Source of the DNA: a virus
Taxonomy: Duplodnaviria; Heunggongvirae; Uroviricota; Caudoviricetes
Length of the DNA stretch: 64,000 bases
IMG/VR virus record: IMGVR_UViG_3300029288_000055
Location: 160,001 to 224,000 of that record
Reading direction: 5' to 3' (one strand)
The translations under genes were made by a program, and so were the position numbers. The notes beneath the pieces were generated by a model. That model had not been told where the DNA came from. It saw only the letters and a program-made list of their open reading frames with translations, and did no database searches. Shown piece after piece: positions 46,983 through 55,426 of this stretch. The first letter of the stretch is position 1. Every line of letters begins with the position of its first letter.

Positions 46983-47346
46983 GGGGATGACTTGGCTTTG
47001 ACTGAATGGTCAGACTGGTAACGTAAGCAAGTAGTAGTTGAATCAGACTACTTTAAAAAGGTTCAAAACAATAGATGAAGACATAATGTCTATCCCAACT
47101 TCTCTCACGAGAGGTAAAAGCGTTTTTGTAAGAAGTGCAGAACTTCAAATCGCTGCGTAAGCAAGGGACACGAAAAAATTTGCACAAAAGTTCCTAACTT
47201 GAAGGGAAGGTAAACAAATTCAAGACAGTTTTGTAGTTATTCTGGAATAATACAACTAATATTTCGCTGGCTTAGAAAAACCAGATAAACTTGTAGAAAA
47301 CTTATTACTCGCATTCAAGACGGGGGTTCAACTCCCCCCATCTCCA
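46983..47346 (+). ncRNA. ssrA: tmRNA
   Basis: 5' GGGGATGACTTGGCTTTGAC and 3' GACGGGGGTTCAACTCCCCCCATCTCCA; acceptor GGGGATG/CATCTCC with G3:U70; internal tag frame ends ...ELQIAA* at 47160. Confidence 0.9.
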
Positions 47347-47361
47347 CTAATTTGAATTATT

Positions 47362-47784
47362 ATGGAAAATTATAATTGGGAAAAAACTGGTATGTTAGAA
47401 GGATTAACGGGTAATACTCGTGAAACCGTTATAAAACTTTTTAAAGAAATTGACTTCAAATCAATACCAGAAATTAAAGATTCTGTTGGTGTAGACACAC
47501 TCATTTGTCCAGTAATAAGACGAATAGTTTCAGTAATCACGCCTGATAATTTACTGGTTCAAAACAGTATCATTAAAGATCATTCAAGAGAAATTACAGA
47601 AGAAGACGTGCTTCCATTGATTGATGTAAAAGAAATAACAGAACTATTGATTGAATATGTTCGTGTTTTTATTCCATACGCAGAAAAATATTTACCAGAC
47701 CTTGACGCACAAGCGGAAATGTGCTTATTGTTTTGTGATAATTATGTAATGAAACTGATTGGTAGAACTGGAAAATGGAAATAA
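47362..47784 (+). CDS. Protein resembling the N-terminus of the major capsid protein
   Basis: WEKTGMLEGL.GN.RE....LF...T...PVIRRI versus MCP WEKIGLLEGL.GN.KE....LF...T...PVIRRV. Confidence 0.7.
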   Translation: MENYNWEKTGMLEGLTGNTRETVIKLFKEIDFKSIPEIKDSVGVDTLICPVIRRIVSVITPDNLLVQNSIIKDHSREITEEDVLPLIDVKEITELLIEYVRVFIPYAEKYLPDLDAQAEMCLLFCDNYVMKLIGRTGKWK

Positions 47785-47786
47785 TT

Positions 47787-48217
47787 ATGAAAGAGAATCA
47801 ATATCAAAAATCAGAAAGATTACTTAAAAAATGGTTTGATTCTGATGATGCTAAAATCTATTTTGAAAAAGAACGAAAAAACAAGAGTTTAAGCTCAAAC
47901 GTTTTGCTCGTTTTGAAAAGTGGCTGGAAAATAATGATTTTGAAGCACTAATGTATCGTTTAATTCTTGAACATGGTGAAAATTATCGTGAAAAATGTTA
48001 TCATAAAGGTTATGAACCATACCCAAACAATAAATTATCATTTCTTATTGATTATGTATCAGAAAGTCTTGAACCAATAAGTGTACCACAACTTGAAAAT
48101 ATGTTTGGAACAAGTATTTGGTTTTTTAAAGGATATTATTTTAGGCTTATGTACGGACAGGGAACTGTTTTTGATTTATATAATGGTGGCGATTTTAAAC
48201 ATTTATTAAGCGCATGA
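47787..48217 (+). CDS. Hypothetical protein split over two frames (47787-47951 and 47951-48217)
   Basis: The -1 frame is open from A_AAA_AAC at 47876-82 into the second ORF; alternatively two TAATG-coupled genes. Confidence 0.5.
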
Positions 48218-48522
48218 CAACTTACAATAAACTGGTTAGAGACAAGATACTTAAAATAATTAAAAAGTCTGGTTCAGGTTATAAGTATCATATAGCAAAA
48301 GACGACACAGAATTTCTTGAAAAACTTTATGAAAAACTTCAGGAAGAAATTACTGAATTTAAAGAAAAACCAAGTGTAGATGAATTTGTAGATATGTTAG
48401 AAGTATTGGAAGCTATAGCAAAATATTATAAATTTAAATTGAATGATATTAAAACTATAAAAACCAAGAAAAAAATAGATCGTGGTGGATTTAATAACAG
48501 AATAATACTTGAAGAATCATGA
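48214..48522 (+). CDS. All-alpha NTP pyrophosphohydrolase (MazG / PRA-PH-like)
   Basis: YNKLVRDKI, KL.EE..EF, E..D.LEV, K...RGGF. Confidence 0.8.
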   Translation: MTTYNKLVRDKILKIIKKSGSGYKYHIAKDDTEFLEKLYEKLQEEITEFKEKPSVDEFVDMLEVLEAIAKYYKFKLNDIKTIKTKKKIDRGGFNNRIILEES

Positions 48523-48680
48523 CAACAACAGAAAAAATTATTACCGTAGTACTTGAAGAAGTAAATGGCTACACTAAAGAAGAAGCAGAAAAATATGCAA
48601 AAGATTGTGAAGGAAGTATTACGTGGGAAAGAATTGATGCAATTGTAAATAAAGCAATTAAGGAAGCAAAAAAGAAATAA
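48519..48680 (+). CDS. Hypothetical 53-aa protein
   Basis: Manually read ORF with ATGA overlap. Confidence 0.55.
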   Translation: MTTTEKIITVVLEEVNGYTKEEAEKYAKDCEGSITWERIDAIVNKAIKEAKKK

Positions 48681-48684
48681 CAAT

Positions 48685-48770
48685 GGCGTAGTGATGGAAC
48701 TGGTAGACATGTAGGTCTTAAAAACCTATGGGCAGTAATGTCCGTGTGGGTTCGACTCCCATCTTCGCTA
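48685..48770 (+). tRNA. tRNA-Leu(UAA)
   Basis: TAGGT-cttaaaa-ACCTA; long variable arm; canonical D and T arms. Confidence 0.9.
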
Positions 48771-48792
48771 CTATTTATATAAAAATAAAATC

Positions 48793-49062
48793 ATGAAAAA
48801 ATCAAGCATACCTATTGATATTCTTTATGAAGAATGTCTTAAAGCAGTAAGAAAAGAAATTCGAAAGGATTGCTATCAGGAAGCAAAAGAAATTATTCGA
48901 TTGGCTTCGGATGAAGATCGTAAAGAATTTCTTAAATATTTCAAAGAAGACAAAGGCAATATTTGTTGTTTAGTTCTTGATAGAATAAAACGTGATCTAA
49001 TTACTGCAGGAAAACTTGAAGCAAATGATAATGATAATTTCGGTAAACCACTTATGTTATGA
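48793..49062 (+). CDS. Hypothetical protein
   Basis: ORF track. Confidence 0.6.
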   Translation: MKKSSIPIDILYEECLKAVRKEIRKDCYQEAKEIIRLASDEDRKEFLKYFKEDKGNICCLVLDRIKRDLITAGKLEANDNDNFGKPLML

Positions 49063-49253
49063 GTATATTGTTTAGAAATTGGCTGGAAGAAGGATATTAT
49101 GAAGAAGATTCTTGGGGTAATCTAACACGAATAGAAGACCCTGACAGAATTTTTCAGGCACAAAAAGAAGGAACACTATATCATAATGATGGTATGGCAA
49201 CCACTCAAGTATATTTGGGTGATAAACTTGATTTAAATGGCGAAAGTGATTAA
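49059..49253 (+). CDS. Hypothetical protein
   Basis: ATGA overlap. Confidence 0.6.
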   Translation: MSILFRNWLEEGYYEEDSWGNLTRIEDPDRIFQAQKEGTLYHNDGMATTQVYLGDKLDLNGESD

Positions 49254-49366
49254 GGGTAAAAAGCCAATACCGCAAGAAGATGATTGTCATTGTGGCAACC
49301 CTCTTAGAGTAAATGACCCTGCAAGAAAAAAAATTATCAGGGTCATAAAGAAAAAATGATTTACCC

Positions 49367-49448
49367 CCTCATGTGGTGGAACTGGTAGACACGCACGCCT
49401 CAAAAGCGTGTGCCGTAAGGCATGTCGGTTCGAGTCCGACCATGAGGA
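49367..49448 (+). tRNA. tRNA-Leu(CAA)
   Basis: CCTCATG/CATGAGG acceptor; CACGC-ctcaaaa-GCGTG; long variable arm. Confidence 0.92.
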
Positions 49449-49543
49449 CAATTGAATAATTATGAGTATTTATTTAAAACTGTAAACTATGAAAAGACCT
49501 TGGATGTATTTCTTGTAACTTGCTCTAATGCGAGTACAAGAAA

Positions 49544-49840
49544 ATGAAAGCAAAATCAATTGAACAAACATCCACAAATCGTGGAGAATTTAATCGTGCA
49601 TACAAGCACTATTTAGAAAAAAAAGGCAAGATTCACTGTTCATATTGTGCTTATCACCGTTGTGAAAACGGTTGCGGGACAAAAATGTACGGTAGTATTG
49701 GTAGTGAAAGAATGAGATATCCTAACTGGAAACTTGTTTCAAAGCAACCAAAACAGTGGATGGAAAAACCCATCAAAAAAAGAGTTAAATATTATGGTGG
49801 GTATCAAAGAACATATGTTGAGATTACATTCTCAACATAA
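49544..49840 (+). CDS. Small basic protein with CxxC..H.C motif
   Basis: HCSYCAYHRC and YPNWKLVSK..KQWM. Confidence 0.65.
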   Translation: MKAKSIEQTSTNRGEFNRAYKHYLEKKGKIHCSYCAYHRCENGCGTKMYGSIGSERMRYPNWKLVSKQPKQWMEKPIKKRVKYYGGYQRTYVEITFST

Positions 49841-49843
49841 TAT

Positions 49844-49915
49844 TGCGACTTGGTATAATGGTTAGAACGTCTCTCTCATAAGGAGCAGATACCGGTTCGA
49901 TTCTGGTAGTCGCAA
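49844..49915 (+). tRNA. tRNA with CAU anticodon (Met, or Ile if lysidine-modified)
   Basis: TGCGACT/AGTCGCA acceptor; loop ctcataa. Confidence 0.8.
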
Positions 49916-49916
49916 C

Positions 49917-49944
49917 AAAAAAACCTGTCGAATTCGACAGGTTT
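49917..49944. terminator. Intrinsic terminator between convergent units
   Basis: AAACCTGTCG-aatt-CGACAGGTTT with upstream A-tract. Confidence 0.75.
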
Positions 49945-49958
49945 AAATTTCCAACATG

Positions 49959-50204
49959 TTATTTCTTTTTGGTAAACCATTTCCAGCCACCAATTGCTGC
50001 TGATGCAAACAACCAAAGTCCTAACAGAACTTCTGCACCTACTACACCGTCTTTGCCATAGATAATTGAATATGCTATAAAGATTATAAGGTAATTTAAT
50101 ACAATCATCCAATTTTTAATAAACCATGCTTTAACTGCAGGTATGGCAACGGTTGTTATCCATGTCCAAATTTTTTTCCAAAGTGCTTTTAATTTTTCTA
50201 TCAT
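49959..50204 (-). CDS. Small membrane protein with 2 TM helices (holin-like topology)
   Basis: Amphipathic N-terminus, two hydrophobic helices, basic C-terminus; in a late unit. Confidence 0.55.
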   Translation of the reverse strand: MIEKLKALWKKIWTWITTVAIPAVKAWFIKNWMIVLNYLIIFIAYSIIYGKDGVVGAEVLLGLWLFASAAIGGWKWFTKKK

Positions 50205-50229
50205 TTTTATGTGTTTTTAATTAAAATTT

Positions 50230-50682
50230 TTAATATTGATTTTCTTCATCAAAAAAAGTTACTGTACATATTTTAGTTTTAAAATCAAAATCTAACGTGT
50301 CAACATAAAGCGTTTTACCCAAACGTAAATTAGCTTCTGTTACTTTAAATTTCCAAGGAAATTCAGCAATATTTTTATCGTTTTCTTGTTCAACTTCATC
50401 AGACTGTTTATTAAGTAACACAACCTTATATGTACCATCAACGCCATCAATTTCAACAAAGAAATTTTCAACGCCAAAATCATTTAACCAAAAACCAATA
50501 TGCCAATTAATGAAAAGATCGCTTTCATTAACATCAACATCAAAGTCGTTTGAAAATGATTCGAAATTATAAAATGAAGAATTTTTTATTTCCTGACGAA
50601 ATTTAAAGTTTTCGTGCTCCATTGAATATGCTTCTTTTAGCAACCTAACATATTCTTCACGAATAATATTATTTATTTTCAT
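50230..50682 (-). CDS. Late protein with IIREE...LLKE N-terminal motif
   Basis: Late motif at 50700-50707. Confidence 0.7.
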   Translation of the reverse strand: MKINNIIREEYVRLLKEAYSMEHENFKFRQEIKNSSFYNFESFSNDFDVDVNESDLFINWHIGFWLNDFGVENFFVEIDGVDGTYKVVLLNKQSDEVEQENDKNIAEFPWKFKVTEANLRLGKTLYVDTLDFDFKTKICTVTFFDEENQY

Positions 50683-50757
50683 TAAACGTCTAATTTTCTA
50701 TAAATACTCTATGATATCTTAAAATTCTTTTATATGTTTGCGTTCTAATGTTATAAT

Positions 50758-51276
50758 ATGTTGGGAACACCAAAGCAAAAGTATACTTCAGCAAAAACAT
50801 CTATAAAACAAGTACCAGCAGGATTTAAAATAGTTGAAAAATATTTCGGTTGGCAAGCAAACACAATTAATCTGGATATTGGTGGGGGAAAATATGACTT
50901 GATGACTGAAAAATTATTAGAAAAAAATGTAACTAATTTGATTTTTGACCCGTATAATAGAAGTTTGAAGCACAACATTAGGGTTATATATAAAATTGCT
51001 AAGAACGATGTTGATACTGCAACTATTTTTAATGTGTTAAATGTAATCATGGAACATGAAATCCAGTTAAATGTATTAAAGCTGGCGAAATCTGCACTTA
51101 AAATTGGCGGTCATGTGTTTATCAGGTCAACATATAAGAATCCTGTAAAGGTCTCTGGAGTGACAAAATCAGGCACATTTCAACATTATTTAACTCAAAA
51201 GGAATATTTGAAAATAGTTAAAGAAATTTTTCCAAATGCAAAATTAGAATACGGCATAATATATGCAACAAAATGA
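50758..51276 (+). CDS. Small class I SAM-dependent methyltransferase
   Basis: LDIGGGK (motif I), FDPYN, NVLNVI, LK.GG. Confidence 0.75.
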   Translation: MLGTPKQKYTSAKTSIKQVPAGFKIVEKYFGWQANTINLDIGGGKYDLMTEKLLEKNVTNLIFDPYNRSLKHNIRVIYKIAKNDVDTATIFNVLNVIMEHEIQLNVLKLAKSALKIGGHVFIRSTYKNPVKVSGVTKSGTFQHYLTQKEYLKIVKEIFPNAKLEYGIIYATK

Positions 51277-52295
51277 AAGAAAAAAACGGCTTATTAATTA
51301 ATGAAAATTACTGGCGTAATATGTCGCCAATGGAATTAGAAAATTTTGCTCAGAAAATTTTTATACATTACAGAGAAAATGGTTTTCCTTATTATCCAAC
51401 AGATATTGAAATAAGACAAAAAGATTTTGAGCAGTTAATGAATTATGATTTCAAAGCGTTATTTGAAAATAATATAATAAAGCAATCGATGCATGGTCTT
51501 GGACTTGCGTGGTCATATTTTCCACACTCATTCAATGTCAGGTCAAATGATAAAATGACTCCATATGAAGCATTTATGGATGATGAAATTTTCATAAAAG
51601 TCATCAAAAAACGTTTACAGATGGGTACATATATATCAGACTCTGGCATAAGAAAGATGTTGAAAATATTTACGGGCGTACAGGGAGTATCGAATTTCAG
51701 ACCAACAGCAGCAGCATGCATTTATAATACGTTTGCTAAAGACGGTGTAGTTTGGGATATGTCAGGTGGTTGGGGTGGAAGATTGCTGGGGGCAATTGCT
51801 GGTGGGGTTCAGAACTATATTACGACTGAACCTTCAGAGTTAACACATAAAGGCTTGACAGAAATGGCTTATTGTTTTTGTCCCAAAGGCATGGATTACA
51901 TGATCTTGAAAATGGGAAGTGAAGTATTTAGACCAGACAAGAACAGCTTAGATTTGTGTTTCACATCACCGCCATATTTTGATCTTGAAAAATATAGTGA
52001 AGAACCTTCACAGAGCTATATCAAATTTAATACGAAAGATACATGGGTTGAAGGATTTTTGAGACCAACATTTAAAAATTCTTATTATGGATTAAAACAA
52101 GGTGGATATATGTTGATTAATATTGCTGATGTAAAAGGCAAACACAATGTTAATTTGGAATGGGAAACTATTATAACTGCAGAAAGTATTGGTTTTACAC
52201 ATGAAAACACGCTTCAATTAGCACTTTCAAATGTAAATTTGCGTGATAAAGGAAAGAAGTTTAAGTATGAACCTATTTATGTATTTAAGAAATGA
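51273..52295 (+). CDS. DNA amino-methyltransferase (N4-C / N6-A type)
   Basis: WDMSGGWGGRLLG (motif I) then FTSPPYF (motif IV), LKQGG. Confidence 0.85.
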   Translation: MKEKNGLLINENYWRNMSPMELENFAQKIFIHYRENGFPYYPTDIEIRQKDFEQLMNYDFKALFENNIIKQSMHGLGLAWSYFPHSFNVRSNDKMTPYEAFMDDEIFIKVIKKRLQMGTYISDSGIRKMLKIFTGVQGVSNFRPTAAACIYNTFAKDGVVWDMSGGWGGRLLGAIAGGVQNYITTEPSELTHKGLTEMAYCFCPKGMDYMILKMGSEVFRPDKNSLDLCFTSPPYFDLEKYSEEPSQSYIKFNTKDTWVEGFLRPTFKNSYYGLKQGGYMLINIADVKGKHNVNLEWETIITAESIGFTHENTLQLALSNVNLRDKGKKFKYEPIYVFKK

Positions 52296-53377
52296 AAATG
52301 TTAGAAAAAATTGATTGGAAGGTTCTCTGCACATATGTAGAAAATAGCCTCATTATTGCAAACAAACATCCAGAATTGGATATTTGGATACTTAATTATT
52401 CTCCAAAAGTTCAGTCAAAAAAGTTCTGGGATGAATATACCTTATCTTGTCGTGGATTGGTAATTGATGCTGAAGGTAACATCTTAGCTCGTCCATTCGA
52501 AAAGTTCATGAATTACGAAGAATATGACCCATCAGAAATTGACTGGTCAAAGGACTTTGATGTATTCGAAAAAATGGATGGTTCATTGATTATTATATTT
52601 TATTATGAACCAAGAATGAAATGGATAGTAGCTTCCAGAGGGTCATTTATTTCTGAACAAGCACTTGAAGCACAAAAAATGATTACAGTTACAGATTATG
52701 GCAAACTGGATATTGAATACACATATCTATTTGAAGCAATTTATCCAGAAAACCGAATCGTTGTTAATTATGGTAATAGAAGAGAACTTGTGTTACTTAC
52801 CAAAATTAATACAAATACTGGTGCTGAAATAAATAACGATGAATTGGTTAACAAGTATTCAAAGCATTTTACAGTTGTGAAGAAATTTCAACTTAAATCA
52901 TTTGATGAATTAAAACAATTAATAAAAAATGGTGAAGATAATAGTGAAGGTTTTGTTATTAGATTCTCTGATGGCTTAAGATTAAAAATGAAATTTGCTG
53001 AATACTGCAGATTGCATGCAATATTAACAAATGTTTCTAATTTAACTGTTTGGGAACATTTGATAAATAATTATGATTTTGATGCATTATATGACAGAGT
53101 TCCAGATGAATTTTACAACTGGCTAAAAAGAACAATAAAAGCAATACAGTCAGAATTCAATGAGATCGAAAGAAAAGCATTGAAAGAATTCATTAGAATT
53201 TACTATGTAAATGGAATTACTGTTCGTAAGGATTTCGCAATGGAAGCGATAAAAACAGAATACCAGTCAATATTATTTAAATTGTACGACAAAAGATCAT
53301 ATGATGAAATCATTTGGAAATTAGTGCGACCAGTTTACAGTAAGCCGTTTCGAGACGGTTTTGAATATAGCATATAA
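52292..53377 (+). CDS. RNA ligase, T4 Rnl1-like
   Basis: CRGLV, ARPF.KF.N, EKMDGSL (adenylated Lys), SRGSF, FE.I.PENRIVV.Y, EGFV, K.K..EY. Confidence 0.9.
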   Translation: MKMLEKIDWKVLCTYVENSLIIANKHPELDIWILNYSPKVQSKKFWDEYTLSCRGLVIDAEGNILARPFEKFMNYEEYDPSEIDWSKDFDVFEKMDGSLIIIFYYEPRMKWIVASRGSFISEQALEAQKMITVTDYGKLDIEYTYLFEAIYPENRIVVNYGNRRELVLLTKINTNTGAEINNDELVNKYSKHFTVVKKFQLKSFDELKQLIKNGEDNSEGFVIRFSDGLRLKMKFAEYCRLHAILTNVSNLTVWEHLINNYDFDALYDRVPDEFYNWLKRTIKAIQSEFNEIERKALKEFIRIYYVNGITVRKDFAMEAIKTEYQSILFKLYDKRSYDEIIWKLVRPVYSKPFRDGFEYSI

Positions 53378-53403
53378 AAGCGAAGGTAACTTCGCTTTTT
53401 TTT
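53376..53403 (+). terminator. Intrinsic terminator
   Basis: AAAAGCGAAG-gtaa-CTTCGCTTTT followed by a T-tract. Confidence 0.8.
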
Positions 53404-53428
53404 ATGTATTTATATGAAATATTGATTA

Positions 53429-54757
53429 ATGAACATCATTGACATTATAAAAGAAGAAATTGAACAATTTGATTGGGGTAAAGAAAAAGTTGCAGATAGA
53501 CCAATAAAACCAAATGAATTTATTTATCATAGTTCTGATATAAATAACAGAGAAGGCATATTGCGCAATGGATTAGAACTTAGAACGGGTGATAATTATT
53601 TAGGATATGTTGGTCGAGAAAAAAAAGCAATACCTGCGATTTTTGCAACGGCAACATATAATGATGTAACTGGCGGTATGCCCAATACCCCTGAAGATAT
53701 TTGGGAAATTAATACTCGAAAAATAGATAATGAATGGTTTGCGGATAAACATTTTTCTGATTTTGGTTTACCAAATAATCCACATATGGTAACATTTAAA
53801 AACATTCCAGCAAATGCATTAAAATTAGTTCATAAAGGATATGATTATATGGCACAATTAAGGCAAAAACAAAATATGGATGAAGATATTACTTCTCAGT
53901 ATATACATTTGCAAAGATGCCAAACAGGTGAAGTAAATAATGTCTGGGATTTTAATGTTGTAAATGGTCAAAACGGTGAAGGCATATACGCATTTCTTGC
54001 TGGCGACAAACCAATGAAAGATTATTACTGTAAAAATGGTGAGAATATTCATTCATTTAAAATCGAAAAAAAATATATAAAAGACTTATCAAACCTTAAA
54101 TTAGATTATTGGGATGTTAAAAAATTTATTTATAATAATTCACAATATAAAGCATTTATTTTTAAGCATGTGGGACATGGAATACCATCTTCAAAAGAAG
54201 TATTAATAACCGACCCCAAAATAATTATATTGGATAATTCAGACATAATGAACGAAGAATATAATCACACTAATTATTTAAAGTGGAAAAGACAAAACGT
54301 AACCCTAAGAGGGGTGCGTAATAATGTCGGTACACCTAATAGCGAAGATGATGAAGGAAATTTCTTAACCGCCTTTGGTGATGTACTTGGTAAAGGATTA
54401 TATACTGCAGCTTTAAGCAATAAAGGAATGGCAAAACAATATGGTAAAGTATATTATGTACTAAATGCCATACCCAAACATCCGATGGTTTTTAATACTT
54501 TAAATGATTGGCAAATCTGGTTTGGCAATACACTTGTGGGTGATTTTACAAAACAACGGGGTGCAAATTATCCAGACAAACGAATTTTTAATGCCGAAAC
54601 AACCATTGAAAAAGAAATGATGAAGCGTAGTTATGACGGAATTATAATAAGAGGAAGAGAAATGGTTAATTTTACGCCACCAGATAACGTACTGTATTTC
54701 AGCACTGAACAAGAACTAATGAATTATTATGAAATCGTAATTGAAAATAATGTGTAA
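53429..54757 (+). CDS. Late multidomain protein with putative ADP-ribosyltransferase-fold domains
   Basis: IIKEE N-terminus; three blocks YHSS...ILRNGL...IFAT, QR...GEGIYAF...EVLI and LRG...GKGLYT...YDGIII.G.EMV. Confidence 0.55.
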   Translation: MNIIDIIKEEIEQFDWGKEKVADRPIKPNEFIYHSSDINNREGILRNGLELRTGDNYLGYVGREKKAIPAIFATATYNDVTGGMPNTPEDIWEINTRKIDNEWFADKHFSDFGLPNNPHMVTFKNIPANALKLVHKGYDYMAQLRQKQNMDEDITSQYIHLQRCQTGEVNNVWDFNVVNGQNGEGIYAFLAGDKPMKDYYCKNGENIHSFKIEKKYIKDLSNLKLDYWDVKKFIYNNSQYKAFIFKHVGHGIPSSKEVLITDPKIIILDNSDIMNEEYNHTNYLKWKRQNVTLRGVRNNVGTPNSEDDEGNFLTAFGDVLGKGLYTAALSNKGMAKQYGKVYYVLNAIPKHPMVFNTLNDWQIWFGNTLVGDFTKQRGANYPDKRIFNAETTIEKEMMKRSYDGIIIRGREMVNFTPPDNVLYFSTEQELMNYYEIVIENNV

Positions 54758-54773
54758 AATAAATGTAATTTTA

Positions 54774-54805
54774 TTTGGAAATGTCGTATTTATAAAATAC
54801 ATTTG
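54774..54805 (+). promoter_or_regulatory. Promoter of tRNA cluster 3 (TTTG-N20-TACATTTG with embedded GTATTTATA)
   Basis: TTTG 54774-77, GTATTTATA 54786-94, TACATTTG 54798-805. Confidence 0.75.
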
Positions 54806-54843
54806 TCATCTGAATTTTTAAGAAACAAATAAAGAATAAAGCA

Positions 54844-54936
54844 ATGAGAACATTTGGTACATATTATTACGGTAAAAAATCTTATAAGAAACAGCTTATA
54901 GGAATCGGGAATACTATGACCAAAGGTAAAATATAA
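54844..54936 (+). CDS. Attenuator leader peptide 3: MRTFGTYYYGKKSYKKQLIGIGNTMTKGKI
   Basis: 8 of 10 codons at 54862-54891 are Tyr/Lys; followed by antiterminator, terminator and Lys/Tyr tRNAs. Confidence 0.85.
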   Translation: MRTFGTYYYGKKSYKKQLIGIGNTMTKGKI

Positions 54937-54965
54937 CTTTCGTACTTTTTTTCATAATTAAGACT

Positions 54966-54992
54966 AACCCGATTCGCAAGATCGGGTTTTTT
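54966..54992 (+). terminator. Attenuator terminator 3
   Basis: AACCCGAT-tcgcaag-ATCGGG then TTTTTT; CCCGATTC pairs 8/8 with GAATCGGG at 54902-09. Confidence 0.85.
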
Positions 54993-55132
54993 GTTTTGCA
55001 TAAAAACGTATATTGTTGCATAAAAACTCTTAGAATATGAAAAACAGGTATAAAAAGGCATATTTCATGAAAAACGTTTATTACCCGTGAAAAACGTTTA
55101 AAAAACAGTATGTTTCATGAAAAACGGGTTTT

Positions 55133-55205
55133 GCGCTCGTAACTCAGTTGGTAGAGTAACGGACCTTTAATCCGTGAGTCGTGGGTTCGACCCCCACCGG
55201 GCGCA
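55133..55205 (+). tRNA. tRNA-Lys(UUU), C33
   Basis: GCGCTCG/CGGGCGC acceptor; ACGGA-cctttaa-TCCGT. Confidence 0.9.
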
Positions 55206-55262
55206 CTTAAGGTATAGTTTAGGTATTTTCTGTATCCATATTAACTGAAATATCCACAAGTT

Positions 55263-55333
55263 GTACCCGTAGCAAAGGGGATATGCCCTTGGCTTTTAAC
55301 CAAGTGACGTAGGTTCGATTCCTACCGGGTACA
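55263..55333 (+). tRNA. tRNA-Lys(UUU)
   Basis: GTACCCG/CGGGTAC acceptor; CTTGG-cttttaa-CCAAG. Confidence 0.85.
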
Positions 55334-55339
55334 CAAATT

Positions 55340-55420
55340 GGGTACGTTGAGCAATTGGTTGGCTCGCCTGACTGTAGATCAGGTTCTTCGGACGTAGGGG
55401 TTCGAGTCCCTTCGTACCCA
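55340..55420 (+). tRNA. tRNA-Tyr(GUA)
   Basis: GGGTACG/CGTACCC acceptor; CCTGA-ctgtaga-TCAGG; variable arm. Confidence 0.9.
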
Positions 55421-55426
55421 CAAATA

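Noticed and set aside
48685-49915. A fourth transcriptional attenuator for the Leu/Leu/Met tRNAs
   Set aside because: No leader + terminator pair found ahead of them; they are dispersed among protein genes.
54998-55127. CRISPR array
   Set aside because: Repeats are short, degenerate A-tracts without constant-length unique spacers; no cas genes or true arrays seen in the window.
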